Shown here in pieces: positions 8,935-18,303 of a stretch of 57,780 bases of DNA. Numbering within the stretch: position 1 is the stretch's first letter; every line of letters begins with the position of its first letter. Location of the stretch: positions 1 through 57,780 of the forward strand of contig QYQJ01000082.1 of NCBI GenBank assembly GCA_007280875.1, in the 5' to 3' direction. The translations under genes and the position numbers were made by a program. Below the pieces are notes generated by a model. It was not told where the DNA came from and did no database searches. It saw only the letters and a program-made list of their open reading frames with translations. Source of the DNA: Bacteroidota bacterium. GTDB taxonomy: Bacteria > Bacteroidota > Bacteroidia > Bacteroidales > FEN-979.

Positions 8935-11900
8935 TTTTAATCAGGTACTTGTTCGTTTTGCCTTTATAAAACCGGTTCACCGGCAACGTCTTGCGCCTCA
9001 GTAATTCAGTTCCCCCGTATGAATACTTGTTATACTCCAAATTTTGCCCCGGGTTACTATATTTTTGATTTTTCGCCTCATTTGATTCCCTTTCTTCCTG
9101 GTGTTCCCTGATTTGTTCCGCCCGCTCCGATTCAAGCAACCTCGTAAGAATCTTTTGCTGCCTTAACAATGACTCTCTGGTGACCTGTTTGTTGATCAGG
9201 TCTCTTTCATTTTGTTCCATCTCCTTTATTGCTTCATTCAAGCTTCCTTGATCCATTTCTCCCTGTTCCTTCAGGTACTGAGCATATTTCTGCAACTCTT
9301 CCCGCACAGCCTCCTGTTCTGCTGCCAGTCTGGCTATTTGCTCGTTCATACCCTGAGTCCCCGCTTTCCCTTTCTCTCCCTGCTTATTCATTTGCTCCTG
9401 CAATCCCTTTCGTATCCTTTCCATCTGCTCGGTTAATTGCTGCTGCATTTGGCTGATTTTTTTCATGTTCTTATTCCCTTTTCCCATGGATGGATTCTTA
9501 CACATTTTACCCCCTTTTCCTTTCATACTCATGTGCATCTCGTGGTTCATCTGTTCCATTGCCTCATCCAGTAATACAGCCAGGTTATTCAGCGCCGTCA
9601 TGGAAAACTGTTGTCCGGCCAATGCCTCCGGCATATTCCTTTCCGTTAAATTCTGTACTGTTTTCTCTATATTCCTTTTCAGTGAAAGCAGTTCTCTTGC
9701 AATTATCGGCTGGATGACAAACTGTCTTTTACCGATTGCTTCGAGTGTATCTTTGACCGGTTCCAGGTTTTCCATTACTTGCTTCTGCCTTGTTATGATC
9801 TGCTGAAATCCGGGATCATTCCGGTTAATGGTCCGGGTTCTGTTCAGCAATTCTTCCTGATCAAAGGAAACCGTCAGCAGATGCTCCAGTATCTGTCGTA
9901 TCTGGTGGGCATCTTCGGCATACTGGTCTTCCTCAGCCTCCGCTTGCATCTGCTCAAGATCGTCTGCCAGCCGGTCCATCTGCTCTCCGGCATCTCGCTG
10001 GTTTTTTTCTGCTTCCTTTTCATTCTGCTTCTCCATCTTTTCCACCACCTCTTTCAGCGATTCACTTATACTATCCTGCTTCTCCTTTGTCTTCTCGAGT
10101 CCTAGCGGACTCTCGAGCTCCTGATCCAGTTTCTCCAATTTTTTTAATTCCTTCTGAATGGAGTCGTATCTTGCATTCACCTGCTTTTGCCCGGATTTGT
10201 CCTCTTCCCGAATCTCCTTCTGCTGTTTAAGTTGATCCGCTAGTTCAGATTGTTTTTCAGCTGTTTCCCGCAGTTGTCTGATATTCTCCTCCAGCTTTCG
10301 TTCAAACTCAATTTGCTTGAATAATTCCAGATTACGATCGAGTTGTTGTTCCAACTCTTTTGCGGTCATTTTCATTTCCTCCATCAGGGTCTTTAACTTC
10401 TCCTTGTCAACCTGCTTCATCAACTCCTTAAGCTCCTCCAATGTCTTCTTCATCTCTTCCGTCATCATATCTCCCATCAACTCCTGAAGACGCTTCTGCT
10501 TTTCCATGATAGCCTGACTCGTCTGTAAAAATTGCTCTTCCGATTGAATTGCCTTCCTGTTCCCTTCCTTTATTTTGTCAATGGTCTGAAGCATCTCTTC
10601 GTTTCGCCTGATCAGTTCCTCTATGTCCTTCTTCTCCTGCCAGTCCAGTGTTTGCTTCTCCAGCAACTTCCGGTTCATCTGTTCAATTGCTTTTTCCACA
10701 TCCTCAGCGTCCTGTCTTGATTTTGACAGTTTTTCGCGGACCATCTGTTCATTCTCTTCCGCATGAGCACGTATCTCATCCATCGTGAGTGCACGGATTT
10801 CCCGTATTTCAGATCGTGCAGATTTAGGTCCCCTGATGCCATCATTGTCCCATACTTCAAAAAAATAAGTCATTCTCTCTCCCGGTTCAAGAAGAAATTT
10901 CTCCATATCAATCGAGTAATAAAATAGTTCTTCCCTTACCTCTTTACTGATCGGAAGTAAAACTTTTTCGTCTTTTCTGTGTATCGTATCTTCAGCCTCA
11001 CTGATTTTATAGTTAAATTCAAGTCCCGTAAAGCCGTAATCGTCCTTAACGGATCCTCTGAAGAATATCCTTGATGGTAAAAGTGAATCCTGCTGAATTT
11101 CGGTCAGGATTGACGGATAGCCATCCTCAATACAAATGATCCGGTAGGAGAGGGAGTCGTTGTTTTTGCTGGACTCATTCTCAGGCAGGAATGAATAATT
11201 TCCGGTTGACGCGCAACGGTATCGGTACGAAAAAAGGTTTGATCCATTTGATTTCATTTTTGTATCCCTATCCGGAAGACGCAGAAACAGGGATGTTACG
11301 TCCCGGGTATTCCATATCCACTGAATCATGGTCCCCTCGGGAGCGACAATATCGCCTGTGTTCTCCAAAATTTCACTCTTCCTTCCGGTATAAGCCGGAA
11401 ATTCCAGGTTCACCGTAAATGAAAAAATGGTCGGTCGGAGAAAAACCTTAATTCGGTATTCATCGCTCCGATATCTTTTAGCAACGATCCTGAATGAGAT
11501 CTCTTTTTGCAATGACCTGAACAGGAAAGAAAAATTACCCGCACTGTTCTGTCGCATGCGGTATGTGTATCCCTCTGTTTCAATATGAACCTCGGATGGA
11601 ATTTCCTCTCCTGTTACTCTCACCATCAGTTCGAAATCGTCTTGTTGGTAGGCTTCCAGTCGGTCGTTCAAAATGGTGACTTCAAATGGCAACGGGATTT
11701 CATATCCTTTCGAGTAATTTACGATCCGGCTTGTCGGCTCTGTAATAAAAGCCGGAGCTATAACCCAGGCCATTATAATAATGGCAACAGGAGGAATGGT
11801 CACCTTCAGGTATCGCAGATTTCTTTTATAATTGATCACCAGGGTAAACTGGAACAGTTTCATCTTTTGTATGCGCTGTTCAATGGAGGCTATCAGCAAT

Positions 11901-12277
11901 TCCAATTCCTCTTTATTCTCCTTTTTCTGTCTAATTAACTGTAACGAATTCAGCAACTTATCGTTGATTTCCGAAAAATGTTGCCCGATGATCCCAGCCG
12001 CTTGCTCTTGCGAGATTCGTTTTCCAAATCGCAAAATAGATCCTATAGGTTTCAGTATCCACGCAAAGGAGGAAATGGCTGCAACGGCTATAAATAGATA
12101 GAACAGAACCATCCTGACAACGGAGTCGAAACGGAACAGGTTTTCCAGGATCACAAACAACAGGTAACATCCACCCAGAAAGCCAACCGTCAGAAGTACA
12201 CCTCGAATAATCCGGTTGATATAATACTTCCGAATGAACCTGTCAAGTTTTTTAATGAGTAGTTGCTCGTTATCCAT
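8924..12277 (-). CDS. Large membrane-anchored coiled-coil protein (DUF4175-like architecture)
   Basis: 1117 aa with N-terminal TM helices, a beta-rich middle and a very long E/K/Q-rich coiled-coil C-terminal half. The family name is from memory of similar Bacteroidota proteins. Confidence 0.6.
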   Translation of the reverse strand: MDNEQLLIKKLDRFIRKYYINRIIRGVLLTVGFLGGCYLLFVILENLFRFDSVVRMVLFYLFIAVAAISSFAWILKPIGSILRFGKRISQEQAAGIIGQHFSEINDKLLNSLQLIRQKKENKEELELLIASIEQRIQKMKLFQFTLVINYKRNLRYLKVTIPPVAIIIMAWVIAPAFITEPTSRIVNYSKGYEIPLPFEVTILNDRLEAYQQDDFELMVRVTGEEIPSEVHIETEGYTYRMRQNSAGNFSFLFRSLQKEISFRIVAKRYRSDEYRIKVFLRPTIFSFTVNLEFPAYTGRKSEILENTGDIVAPEGTMIQWIWNTRDVTSLFLRLPDRDTKMKSNGSNLFSYRYRCASTGNYSFLPENESSKNNDSLSYRIICIEDGYPSILTEIQQDSLLPSRIFFRGSVKDDYGFTGLEFNYKISEAEDTIHRKDEKVLLPISKEVREELFYYSIDMEKFLLEPGERMTYFFEVWDNDGIRGPKSARSEIREIRALTMDEIRAHAEENEQMVREKLSKSRQDAEDVEKAIEQMNRKLLEKQTLDWQEKKDIEELIRRNEEMLQTIDKIKEGNRKAIQSEEQFLQTSQAIMEKQKRLQELMGDMMTEEMKKTLEELKELMKQVDKEKLKTLMEEMKMTAKELEQQLDRNLELFKQIEFERKLEENIRQLRETAEKQSELADQLKQQKEIREEDKSGQKQVNARYDSIQKELKKLEKLDQELESPLGLEKTKEKQDSISESLKEVVEKMEKQNEKEAEKNQRDAGEQMDRLADDLEQMQAEAEEDQYAEDAHQIRQILEHLLTVSFDQEELLNRTRTINRNDPGFQQIITRQKQVMENLEPVKDTLEAIGKRQFVIQPIIARELLSLKRNIEKTVQNLTERNMPEALAGQQFSMTALNNLAVLLDEAMEQMNHEMHMSMKGKGGKMCKNPSMGKGNKNMKKISQMQQQLTEQMERIRKGLQEQMNKQGEKGKAGTQGMNEQIARLAAEQEAVREELQKYAQYLKEQGEMDQGSLNEAIKEMEQNERDLINKQVTRESLLRQQKILTRLLESERAEQIREHQEERESNEAKNQKYSNPGQNLEYNKYSYGGTELLRRKTLPVNRFYKGKTNKYLIKIEK

Positions 12278-12350
12278 GCTTATGTCCTGTGCTGTATCTA
12301 ACGCCCTGGTGATGGTTATATTTCACCCGCTACAAATTTAGGAATTATCC

Positions 12351-12358
12351 TACTTTTG
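12351..12358 (+). promoter_or_regulatory. Candidate Bacteroidota -7 promoter box TACTTTTG
   Basis: Matches TAnnTTTG 20 nt upstream of the cysC ATG. No clear -33 TTTG. Confidence 0.3.
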
Positions 12359-12377
12359 TACATTCAATCATCCACTC

Positions 12378-12992
12378 ATGGTCGATTCAAGTACCTCTTC
12401 CCGCATCACAAGAAGAGATAAGGAACACTTTTTGCATCAACATGCCCGGTCGATCTGGATGACCGGCTTATCCGGTGCCGGAAAAACAACCCTTGGACTT
12501 GCGCTGGAAAAGAAGTTATTTCACCTTGGTTTTTTTATTCAATTACTGGATGGCGACCATGTGCGGACTGGACTGAACAAAGACCTTCGTTTTAGCGATG
12601 CAGATCGTACTGAAAACATCCGCAGGATTGCCGAAGTGAATGCGCTTTACAATCATTCCGGCATCATAACCATCAACTGCTTCATCAGTCCGACCCATGC
12701 CATCCGGCAGATGGCACGGGCCACTATTGGTTCTGCTGATTTCATTGAGGTCTTTATCAAAGCCCCCCTGTCTGTCTGCGAGGAGCGTGATGTGAAGGGA
12801 TATTACCGTAAAGCCCGTCAGGGACTGATCAAGGAATTTACCGGGGTTGATTCGCCCTTTGAAGAACCCGAACATCCTGACCTGCTTATTGATACTTCCT
12901 TCTCATCAGTGGATCAGTGTCTTCATAAGATGATTGGTTTCATTCTGCCGAAAATAACGATAACCCCAGTTTCGCAACGCGTTTCGCAATGA
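12378..12992 (+). CDS. cysC: Adenylyl-sulfate kinase
   Basis: P-loop WMTGLSGAGKTTLG and LDGDHVRTGLNKDL, typical of APS kinase. 4-nt overlap with gltX. Confidence 0.9.
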   Translation: MVDSSTSSRITRRDKEHFLHQHARSIWMTGLSGAGKTTLGLALEKKLFHLGFFIQLLDGDHVRTGLNKDLRFSDADRTENIRRIAEVNALYNHSGIITINCFISPTHAIRQMARATIGSADFIEVFIKAPLSVCEERDVKGYYRKARQGLIKEFTGVDSPFEEPEHPDLLIDTSFSSVDQCLHKMIGFILPKITITPVSQRVSQ

Positions 12993-14542
12993 ATGGAAAA
13001 TCCATCCGTGTAAGGTTCGCTCCCAGCCCAACAGGTCCCCTTCACCTGGGAGGTATCAGGACCGCCCTGTATAATTACCTCTTTGCCAAACAGCATGAAG
13101 GTACTTTTATTCTCCGTATCGAAGATACTGACCAGAATAGGTTTGTTCCCGGGGCCGAGGAGTATATTCTGGAAGCGTTGCATTGGTGTGGGCTTGAGCC
13201 TGATGAGGACGTGGTCCGTGGAGGAGCCAATAGCCCTTACCGTCAATCGGAACGTAGTGCGATTTACAGGGAGTATATTCAGATTCTGATTGACCGCCAA
13301 CATGCTTACTATGCATTTGATACACCGGAAGAGCTGGAATCGATCCGGGATAAGCACCAGCAGGATCGGGGAGAGGTGTTTCAGTATAATATCCACACGC
13401 GAAAGCAACTCAGCAACAGTCTGACTCTCTCCAGCGAAGAGGTTCGGCATCGTATTGATAACGGGGAACCTTATGTGGTCCGTATCCATATTCCGGAAAA
13501 CCAGGAAGTTATCTTCCAGGATCTGATTCGTGGCGAGGTAACTGTCCATACAGCTAATCTCGATGATAAAGTGCTTTTCAAGTCCGACGGTCTTCCTACT
13601 TATCACCTGGCCAATGTAGTCGACGACTACCTGATGAAGATCTCCCATGTGATCCGCGGGGAGGAGTGGCTTCCTTCGGCTCCCATGCACCTGTTGCTGT
13701 ATCGTTTCTTTGGCTGGGAGCAGCAGATTCCGCAGTTCGCTCACCTTCCGCTCATTCTCAAACCCGACGGTCACGGAAAGCTAAGTAAGCGCGACGGGGA
13801 CCGCCTGGGATTCCCTGTCTTTCCTCTGGAATGGAAAGATCCGGTCTCGGGTGAGGTGTTCACGGGCTTCCGCGAATCGGGTTACCTTCCCGCAGCCTTC
13901 ATCAACATGCTGGCCCTGCTGGGCTGGAATCCCGGTACCGAACAGGAGATCTTCTCCCTGGAAGAGCTGATCCGACTCTTCTCCCTGGAACGGATCCACA
14001 AATCGGGTTCACGGTTCGATCCAGACAAGGCGAAATGGTTCAACCACCAGTATCTGATGAGTCTTTCGGATGAAACACTGGCGGAGATGCTGGTTCAATT
14101 GGCAGTTGACAGTTGGCAGTCGTCTCCCTCACCCTGTCACCCCCTGGATGATCTTTCTTATGCCTGCCTTGTTGTCCCGCTGATCAGGGAGCGCATCACC
14201 CTGTTCCCCGATCTTCCAGTCAGCGCCCGCCTGTTCTACTTCCCTCCCGAATCCTATGATCCCCAGGTGCGGGAGAATGTCTGTAAACCCGGGACCCCGG
14301 CGCTGATCCATCGGTTCATGACGGAGATCGCAGGCCTTGATCCCTGGGCCGCTGAGGCAATCCATGAGTTCGTGCAGTCATTCACGGCCCGGAATGAGGT
14401 TAAAACGGGCGCCCTGATGATGCCGCTAAGACTCCTCCTCGTCGGTTCCAACCAGGGACCCGGACTGACGGATATTGCCGCAGTTATCGGGAAGGAGGAT
14501 TTCCTGTCTCGCCTTGGATCCGGTCTGGAGAGACTTGGATAA
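12989..14542 (+). CDS. gltX: Glutamate--tRNA ligase
   Basis: Class I motifs RFAPSPTGPLHLGG (HIGH-type) and KLSKRDG (KMSKS-type). 517 aa. Confidence 0.95.
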   Translation: MNGKSIRVRFAPSPTGPLHLGGIRTALYNYLFAKQHEGTFILRIEDTDQNRFVPGAEEYILEALHWCGLEPDEDVVRGGANSPYRQSERSAIYREYIQILIDRQHAYYAFDTPEELESIRDKHQQDRGEVFQYNIHTRKQLSNSLTLSSEEVRHRIDNGEPYVVRIHIPENQEVIFQDLIRGEVTVHTANLDDKVLFKSDGLPTYHLANVVDDYLMKISHVIRGEEWLPSAPMHLLLYRFFGWEQQIPQFAHLPLILKPDGHGKLSKRDGDRLGFPVFPLEWKDPVSGEVFTGFRESGYLPAAFINMLALLGWNPGTEQEIFSLEELIRLFSLERIHKSGSRFDPDKAKWFNHQYLMSLSDETLAEMLVQLAVDSWQSSPSPCHPLDDLSYACLVVPLIRERITLFPDLPVSARLFYFPPESYDPQVRENVCKPGTPALIHRFMTEIAGLDPWAAEAIHEFVQSFTARNEVKTGALMMPLRLLLVGSNQGPGLTDIAAVIGKEDFLSRLGSGLERLG

Positions 14543-14575
14543 TTTCTTTATCCACTATTCACCTGCTCACCAACT

Positions 14576-14603
14576 AAAAAAGCGCTTTCATGAGCGCTTT
14601 TTT
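14576..14603. terminator. Bidirectional rho-independent terminator hairpin
   Basis: AAAAA-AGCGCT-ttcatg-AGCGCT-TTTTT. The stem is flanked by an A-run and a T-run, between the gltX 3' end and the tRNA-Gln 3' end. Confidence 0.55.
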
Positions 14604-14604
14604 G

Positions 14605-14677
14605 TTGTCCGACCAGGGCTCGAACCTGGACTCTTCTGATCCAGAGTCAGACGTGTTGCCAGTTACACCATCGGACA
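14605..14677 (-). tRNA. tRNA-Gln (anticodon CUG)
   Basis: A 73-nt cloverleaf folded by hand. Acceptor TGTCCGA/TCGGACA with U1-A72, D-stem GTGT/ACAC, anticodon stem TCTGA/TCAGA with loop CTCTGGA, T-arm CCAGG-TTCGAGC-CCTGG. Confidence 0.9.
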
Positions 14678-14688
14678 ATTTGGGGGTG

Positions 14689-14696
14689 CAAAGATA
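14689..14696 (-). promoter_or_regulatory. -7 promoter box TATCTTTG for tRNA-Gln
   Basis: TAnnTTTG on the minus strand, 11 nt upstream of the tRNA 5' end. Confidence 0.4.
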
Positions 14697-14726
14697 CAAG
14701 AGTCCGTAAAATTTCCCAAATTATTT

Positions 14727-16424
14727 TTATCCCCCGGCCTTTGTCCATGAGTCTTTCAGAGGGACCACCCGGTTGAAAACCAGGTTCGTTCCGGAGCTGT
14801 CCTTATCGACGCAAAAGTATCCTACCCGTTCAAACTGAAATTTTTCTCCAGGCTTAGCGGTCAGGATGGCCGGTTCCAGATACCCTGTAACCACTCTGAG
14901 TGAATCGGGATTCAGGTAATCCTTGAAACTTTTCCCTTCTTCCGTATCATCGGGATCGGGAACCCTGAACAACCTGTTGTATAACCTGATCTCAGATTCC
15001 AAGGCATGGGGAGCAGAGACCCAGTGGAGGGTTCCTTTAACCTTCCGGTTGCTGTTTGGCATTCCGCTTCGCGTCGTGGGATCATACGTGCAGTGAATGG
15101 TTGTCACTATATTTGTGACTGGCTCTCTCTCTATACTTTCGCATCTGACAATGTAGGCGGAGCGGAGCCTCACCTCCCGTCCGGGAGCAAGCCGGAAGAA
15201 TTTGTCGGGTGGATCCTCCATGAAATCTTCCCGTTCGATTAAAATCTCCCTTGAGAAAGGTACCCTCCTGGTTCCCGCATCAGGATCTTCCGGATTGTTG
15301 ACTGCCTCCATTTCCTCAACTACGCCTTCCGGGAAGTTGTCGATGACGACCCGCAATGGATTTAGCACGCCCATGATCCGATTTGCCCGCTTGTTCAGGT
15401 CTTCCCTGATACAAAACTCCAGCATGCTCACATCAATGACATTGTCCCGTTTGGCTACCCCAATGAGTTCGGCAAAGTTGCGGATCGAATCAGGGGTATA
15501 TCCGCGACGTCGTAATCCGGAAATAGTAGGCATCCTGGGATCATCCCATCCATTAACATGTCCTTCCTGTACCAGTTTCAGTAACTTGCGTTTGCTCATC
15601 ACCGTATAGCTGAGGTTTAACCGTGCAAATTCTATTTGCCGGGGGGCATAAATTTCAATTTCACGGATCAGCCAGTCGTAAAGCGGACGGTGCACTTCAA
15701 ATTCCAGTGTGCAGATGGAGTGGGTGATCCGCTCAATGGAATCCGACTGTCCGTGGGCAAAATCATACATCGGGTAGATGCACCAGGTATCTCCGGTCCT
15801 GTGGTGCGCCGCATGAATGATCCGGTACAGGATAGGGTCCCGCATATGCATGTTGGGGGAGGCCATGTCTATTCTGGCACGCAGTACCCTGGCTCCGTCA
15901 GGGAATTCTCCGGCCCGCATCCGTTCAAACAGATCCAGGTTCTCTGCCACAGACCTGTTGCGATAAGGACTCTCTTTTCCCGGACGCTTGGGTGTTCCAC
16001 GGGTGGCACTGATCTCATCCGCCTGCATATCACACACGAATGCTTTCCCCTTTTTAATCAGGATCACGGCATATTCATATAGTTGCTCAAAGTAATCGGA
16101 TGCATAATAGAGACGGTCTCCCCAGTCGTATCCCAGCCAGCGGACATCTTCCATGATTGAATCCACATATTCCAGCTCTTCTTTTACAGGGTTGGTGTCG
16201 TCGAACCGCAGGTTGGTCAGCCCCTTGTATTTCGCCCCCAGTCCAAAGTTCAGACAGATGGATTTGGCGTGGCCGATATGGAGGTACCCGTTGGGCTCCG
16301 GCGGAAAACGCGTATGCACCCGACCCTTATTTTTCCCTTCCCGAATGTCCTCTTCAATGCTCTCTTCGATAAAGTTGCGTGATCGCCCGGAATTTGAATG
16401 CTTTATAGTACTCGACTCTTGCAT
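14727..16424 (-). CDS. glnS: Glutamine--tRNA ligase
   Basis: 565 aa. HIGH region [22 protein letters not shown]-type VMSKRKL, and the GlnRS-type C-terminal anticodon-binding region. Confidence 0.95.
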   Translation of the reverse strand: MQESSTIKHSNSGRSRNFIEESIEEDIREGKNKGRVHTRFPPEPNGYLHIGHAKSICLNFGLGAKYKGLTNLRFDDTNPVKEELEYVDSIMEDVRWLGYDWGDRLYYASDYFEQLYEYAVILIKKGKAFVCDMQADEISATRGTPKRPGKESPYRNRSVAENLDLFERMRAGEFPDGARVLRARIDMASPNMHMRDPILYRIIHAAHHRTGDTWCIYPMYDFAHGQSDSIERITHSICTLEFEVHRPLYDWLIREIEIYAPRQIEFARLNLSYTVMSKRKLLKLVQEGHVNGWDDPRMPTISGLRRRGYTPDSIRNFAELIGVAKRDNVIDVSMLEFCIREDLNKRANRIMGVLNPLRVVIDNFPEGVVEEMEAVNNPEDPDAGTRRVPFSREILIEREDFMEDPPDKFFRLAPGREVRLRSAYIVRCESIEREPVTNIVTTIHCTYDPTTRSGMPNSNRKVKGTLHWVSAPHALESEIRLYNRLFRVPDPDDTEEGKSFKDYLNPDSLRVVTGYLEPAILTAKPGEKFQFERVGYFCVDKDSSGTNLVFNRVVPLKDSWTKAGG

Positions 16425-16529
16425 AAGCGAAACCAGTGGTTCAATTCAGGCGGCAAACTTACAGAATTTTAAGTAACTGTCGTCCTTTATCCGGGGAATT
16501 TCATAAATTCGGAGCCTCAGAAAAAGATC

Positions 16530-16880
16530 ATGGGAAAAATTCTTCTTGAGGGAATGGAATTCTTCGCTTACCATGGCTGTTTCCATGAAGAGCAGATCAT
16601 CGGGACACGGTTTGTGGTGGATCTGGAGCTGGAAGTGAATACTACCCGGGCGGAGATCAGCGACCACCTGGAAGACACCATCAACTACCAGACAATTTAT
16701 GGCCTTGTCAGGCACGAAATGGAACAAAAGTCACAGTTGATCGAACATGTGGCCCACCGAATTCTTCAGGCTGTAAAAGAAACCTTCCCGGGAATCGGAG
16801 CGATTCAGGTCAGTGTTTCAAAAGTCAATCCCCCCCTTGGAGGCAAAACAAAACAGGTCTCCTGTGTACTGACCGGTTGA
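16530..16880 (+). CDS. folB: Dihydroneopterin aldolase
   Basis: 116 aa. GMEFFAYHGCFHEEQIIG and INYQTIY match the FolB pattern. Confidence 0.85.
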   Translation: MGKILLEGMEFFAYHGCFHEEQIIGTRFVVDLELEVNTTRAEISDHLEDTINYQTIYGLVRHEMEQKSQLIEHVAHRILQAVKETFPGIGAIQVSVSKVNPPLGGKTKQVSCVLTG

Positions 16881-16889
16881 ATTTTTTTT

Positions 16890-16897
16890 TATTTTTG
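16890..16897 (+). promoter_or_regulatory. -7 promoter box TATTTTTG for tRNA-Cys
   Basis: TAnnTTTG 11 nt upstream of the tRNA 5' end. Confidence 0.4.
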
Positions 16898-16908
16898 CAT
16901 TCCGTTAA

Positions 16909-16979
16909 GGTCTCGTGGCCGAGTGGCTAGGCAGCGGTCTGCAAAACCGCGTACAGCGGTTCGACTCCGCTCGAGACCT
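16909..16979 (+). tRNA. tRNA-Cys (anticodon GCA)
   Basis: A 71-nt cloverleaf. Acceptor GGTCTCG/CGAGACC, anticodon stem GCGGT/ACCGC with loop CTGCAAA, T-arm AGCGG-TTCGACT-CCGCT, discriminator U73. Confidence 0.9.
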
Positions 16980-17114
16980 CTGATTCAGAACCACAGTACC
17001 TATATCCTCCTAGCGATTGATACAGATAGATTGGCGGGTGTATCTGTCGCGTTAATATACCAATGAAGCCGCGATGAGGGCTTACTGAGGAGATTATACC
17101 TGTACGATTCCGTT

Positions 17115-17672
17115 CTACTTCGCCAGTGCGCCGAGAGCAGCCTGCCAGGTTGGTCTGGCTTGAGCCCAGGTACCTTTGAATGATGACTGAGAGATGTGTG
17201 ATTCAAGAGTCTTTGCCAGGCCAGCCACTGTTTTCACAGAATTGGCCGTTTTGGTATCCTTTATCCATTTATCTTTTACTGCACTCCAACCTTTATCCAT
17301 GGCCGATGGCTTTATTCCGCCTTGAAGTGTCTGCAATGCATTACTGAGACCCGATACATCAGATTTACCCGAAGCCGCTTTTACGAAACCCTCCTTTTTC
17401 GCTTTGAATTCATCAGTCAGGGCATTGTCCGAAAGGCCTTTTGAGAGTTGACCGATCAGGCTCCCCAGGTTGACGTTGGAAGTGGCCTTGTTAACAACCT
17501 CATTAGTGGACTTTTGAACCTCATTGGTGGTCTTGTGCACCTCATTGGTGGTTTTCTGCACCTCATTGGTGGCTTTCTTTACATCCTTGGATGTGGGAAG
17601 TTTAATGTCCTGGGCTACCGTAATTCCGGCTATCAGGACGAATGCGATAATTAAAGTGGCAACTGTTTTCAT
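17115..17672 (-). CDS. Secreted repeat protein, function unknown
   Basis: Signal peptide MKTVATLIIAFVLIAGITVA. Contains 7-aa tandem repeats (TNEVQKT/TNEVHKT). No family recognised. Confidence 0.55.
   Translation of the reverse strand: MKTVATLIIAFVLIAGITVAQDIKLPTSKDVKKATNEVQKTTNEVHKTTNEVQKSTNEVVNKATSNVNLGSLIGQLSKGLSDNALTDEFKAKKEGFVKAASGKSDVSGLSNALQTLQGGIKPSAMDKGWSAVKDKWIKDTKTANSVKTVAGLAKTLESHISQSSFKGTWAQARPTWQAALGALAK
17497..17580. repeat. 4 x 21-nt tandem repeat inside the secreted-protein CDS
   Basis: Units begin ACCTCATTGGTGG (first unit ACCTCATTAGTGG) at 17497, 17518, 17539 and 17560. They encode the TNEV heptad repeats on the minus strand. Confidence 0.85.
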
Positions 17673-17704
17673 AGGTACCTCTATTTAGGATTTGCGAATA
17701 TAAT

Positions 17705-17712
17705 CAAAAATA
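17705..17712 (-). promoter_or_regulatory. Candidate -7 promoter box TATTTTTG
   Basis: CAAAAATA on the plus strand, 33 nt upstream of the ATG at 17672. Confidence 0.3.
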
Positions 17713-17781
17713 TCCACTATGATTCGATGGGTATTGAATTAATTCTCATGAGTTGCTTTCGTCAGTACTCTCGTGATCTTG

Positions 17782-18303
17782 CTACCTCCTTTGCATCCTT
17801 CCCGGATAAAACAACAGTTCGCTCAGGAATATCATTGCCAGGGTGAAGAGTGAGCTGAGGACCACGCGCAACAGCGTCTGGAAAAATTCGGTGAACCGGA
17901 AGATCTCCAGGTAGAAAAGCGCCAAATGGTGGATCCCTACCAGGCTAGCTGAGTAGAAGAAAAACCATTCGAAACCCCGACCCTTCAGAGAGGGCTGAAT
18001 ACCCAGCTCTTCTTCAGGTTCACGTGAAATCGCCCGGATGACATAGGGGCGGAAGAAAGCCATCAAAACCGTGGCTGCAGCATTCAATCCGGGAGTATTT
18101 GTAAATACATCGATAGAAATACCTAGTGCAAACGCAAGGACCAGCAGGAGCCACCGGGGAGTGGCAAAAGGAAGCAGCAGGATGAAGTAAACATACAGAT
18201 ACGGATTGGCATATCCTCCCAGGTTGATATGATTCAGGATCAGCACCTGGAAAAAGACCAGGAACAGAAAGCGGATACTATTTCTGACTACCAGATTGGT
18301 CAT
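17782..18303 (-). CDS. mreD: Rod shape-determining protein MreD
   Basis: 173-aa polytopic membrane protein directly after mreC, with a 4-nt overlap. Confidence 0.75.
   Translation of the reverse strand: MTNLVVRNSIRFLFLVFFQVLILNHINLGGYANPYLYVYFILLLPFATPRWLLLVLAFALGISIDVFTNTPGLNAAATVLMAFFRPYVIRAISREPEEELGIQPSLKGRGFEWFFFYSASLVGIHHLALFYLEIFRFTEFFQTLLRVVLSSLFTLAMIFLSELLFYPGRMQRR

Noticed and set aside
8924-10900. The E/K/Q-rich low-complexity stretch of the 1117-aa protein might be a DNA tandem repeat.
   Set aside because: The composition is biased (coiled coil), but no regular nucleotide period or repeated unit could be seen.
12923-13774. A 283-aa minus-strand ORF. There are similar long antisense ORFs at 19355-19930, 32808-33341, 42595-43131, 39838-40362, 37757-38233, 49692-50165, 24038-24601, 3115-3663, 5427-5897 and 56308-56793.
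   Set aside because: Each lies entirely antisense to a CDS with strong family motifs (gltX, mreB, fructosamine kinase, DUF3857 proteins, dnaG, acr3, the kinase, the methyltransferase, adhE). Their translations are low-complexity or unrecognisable, so they are treated as shadow ORFs.
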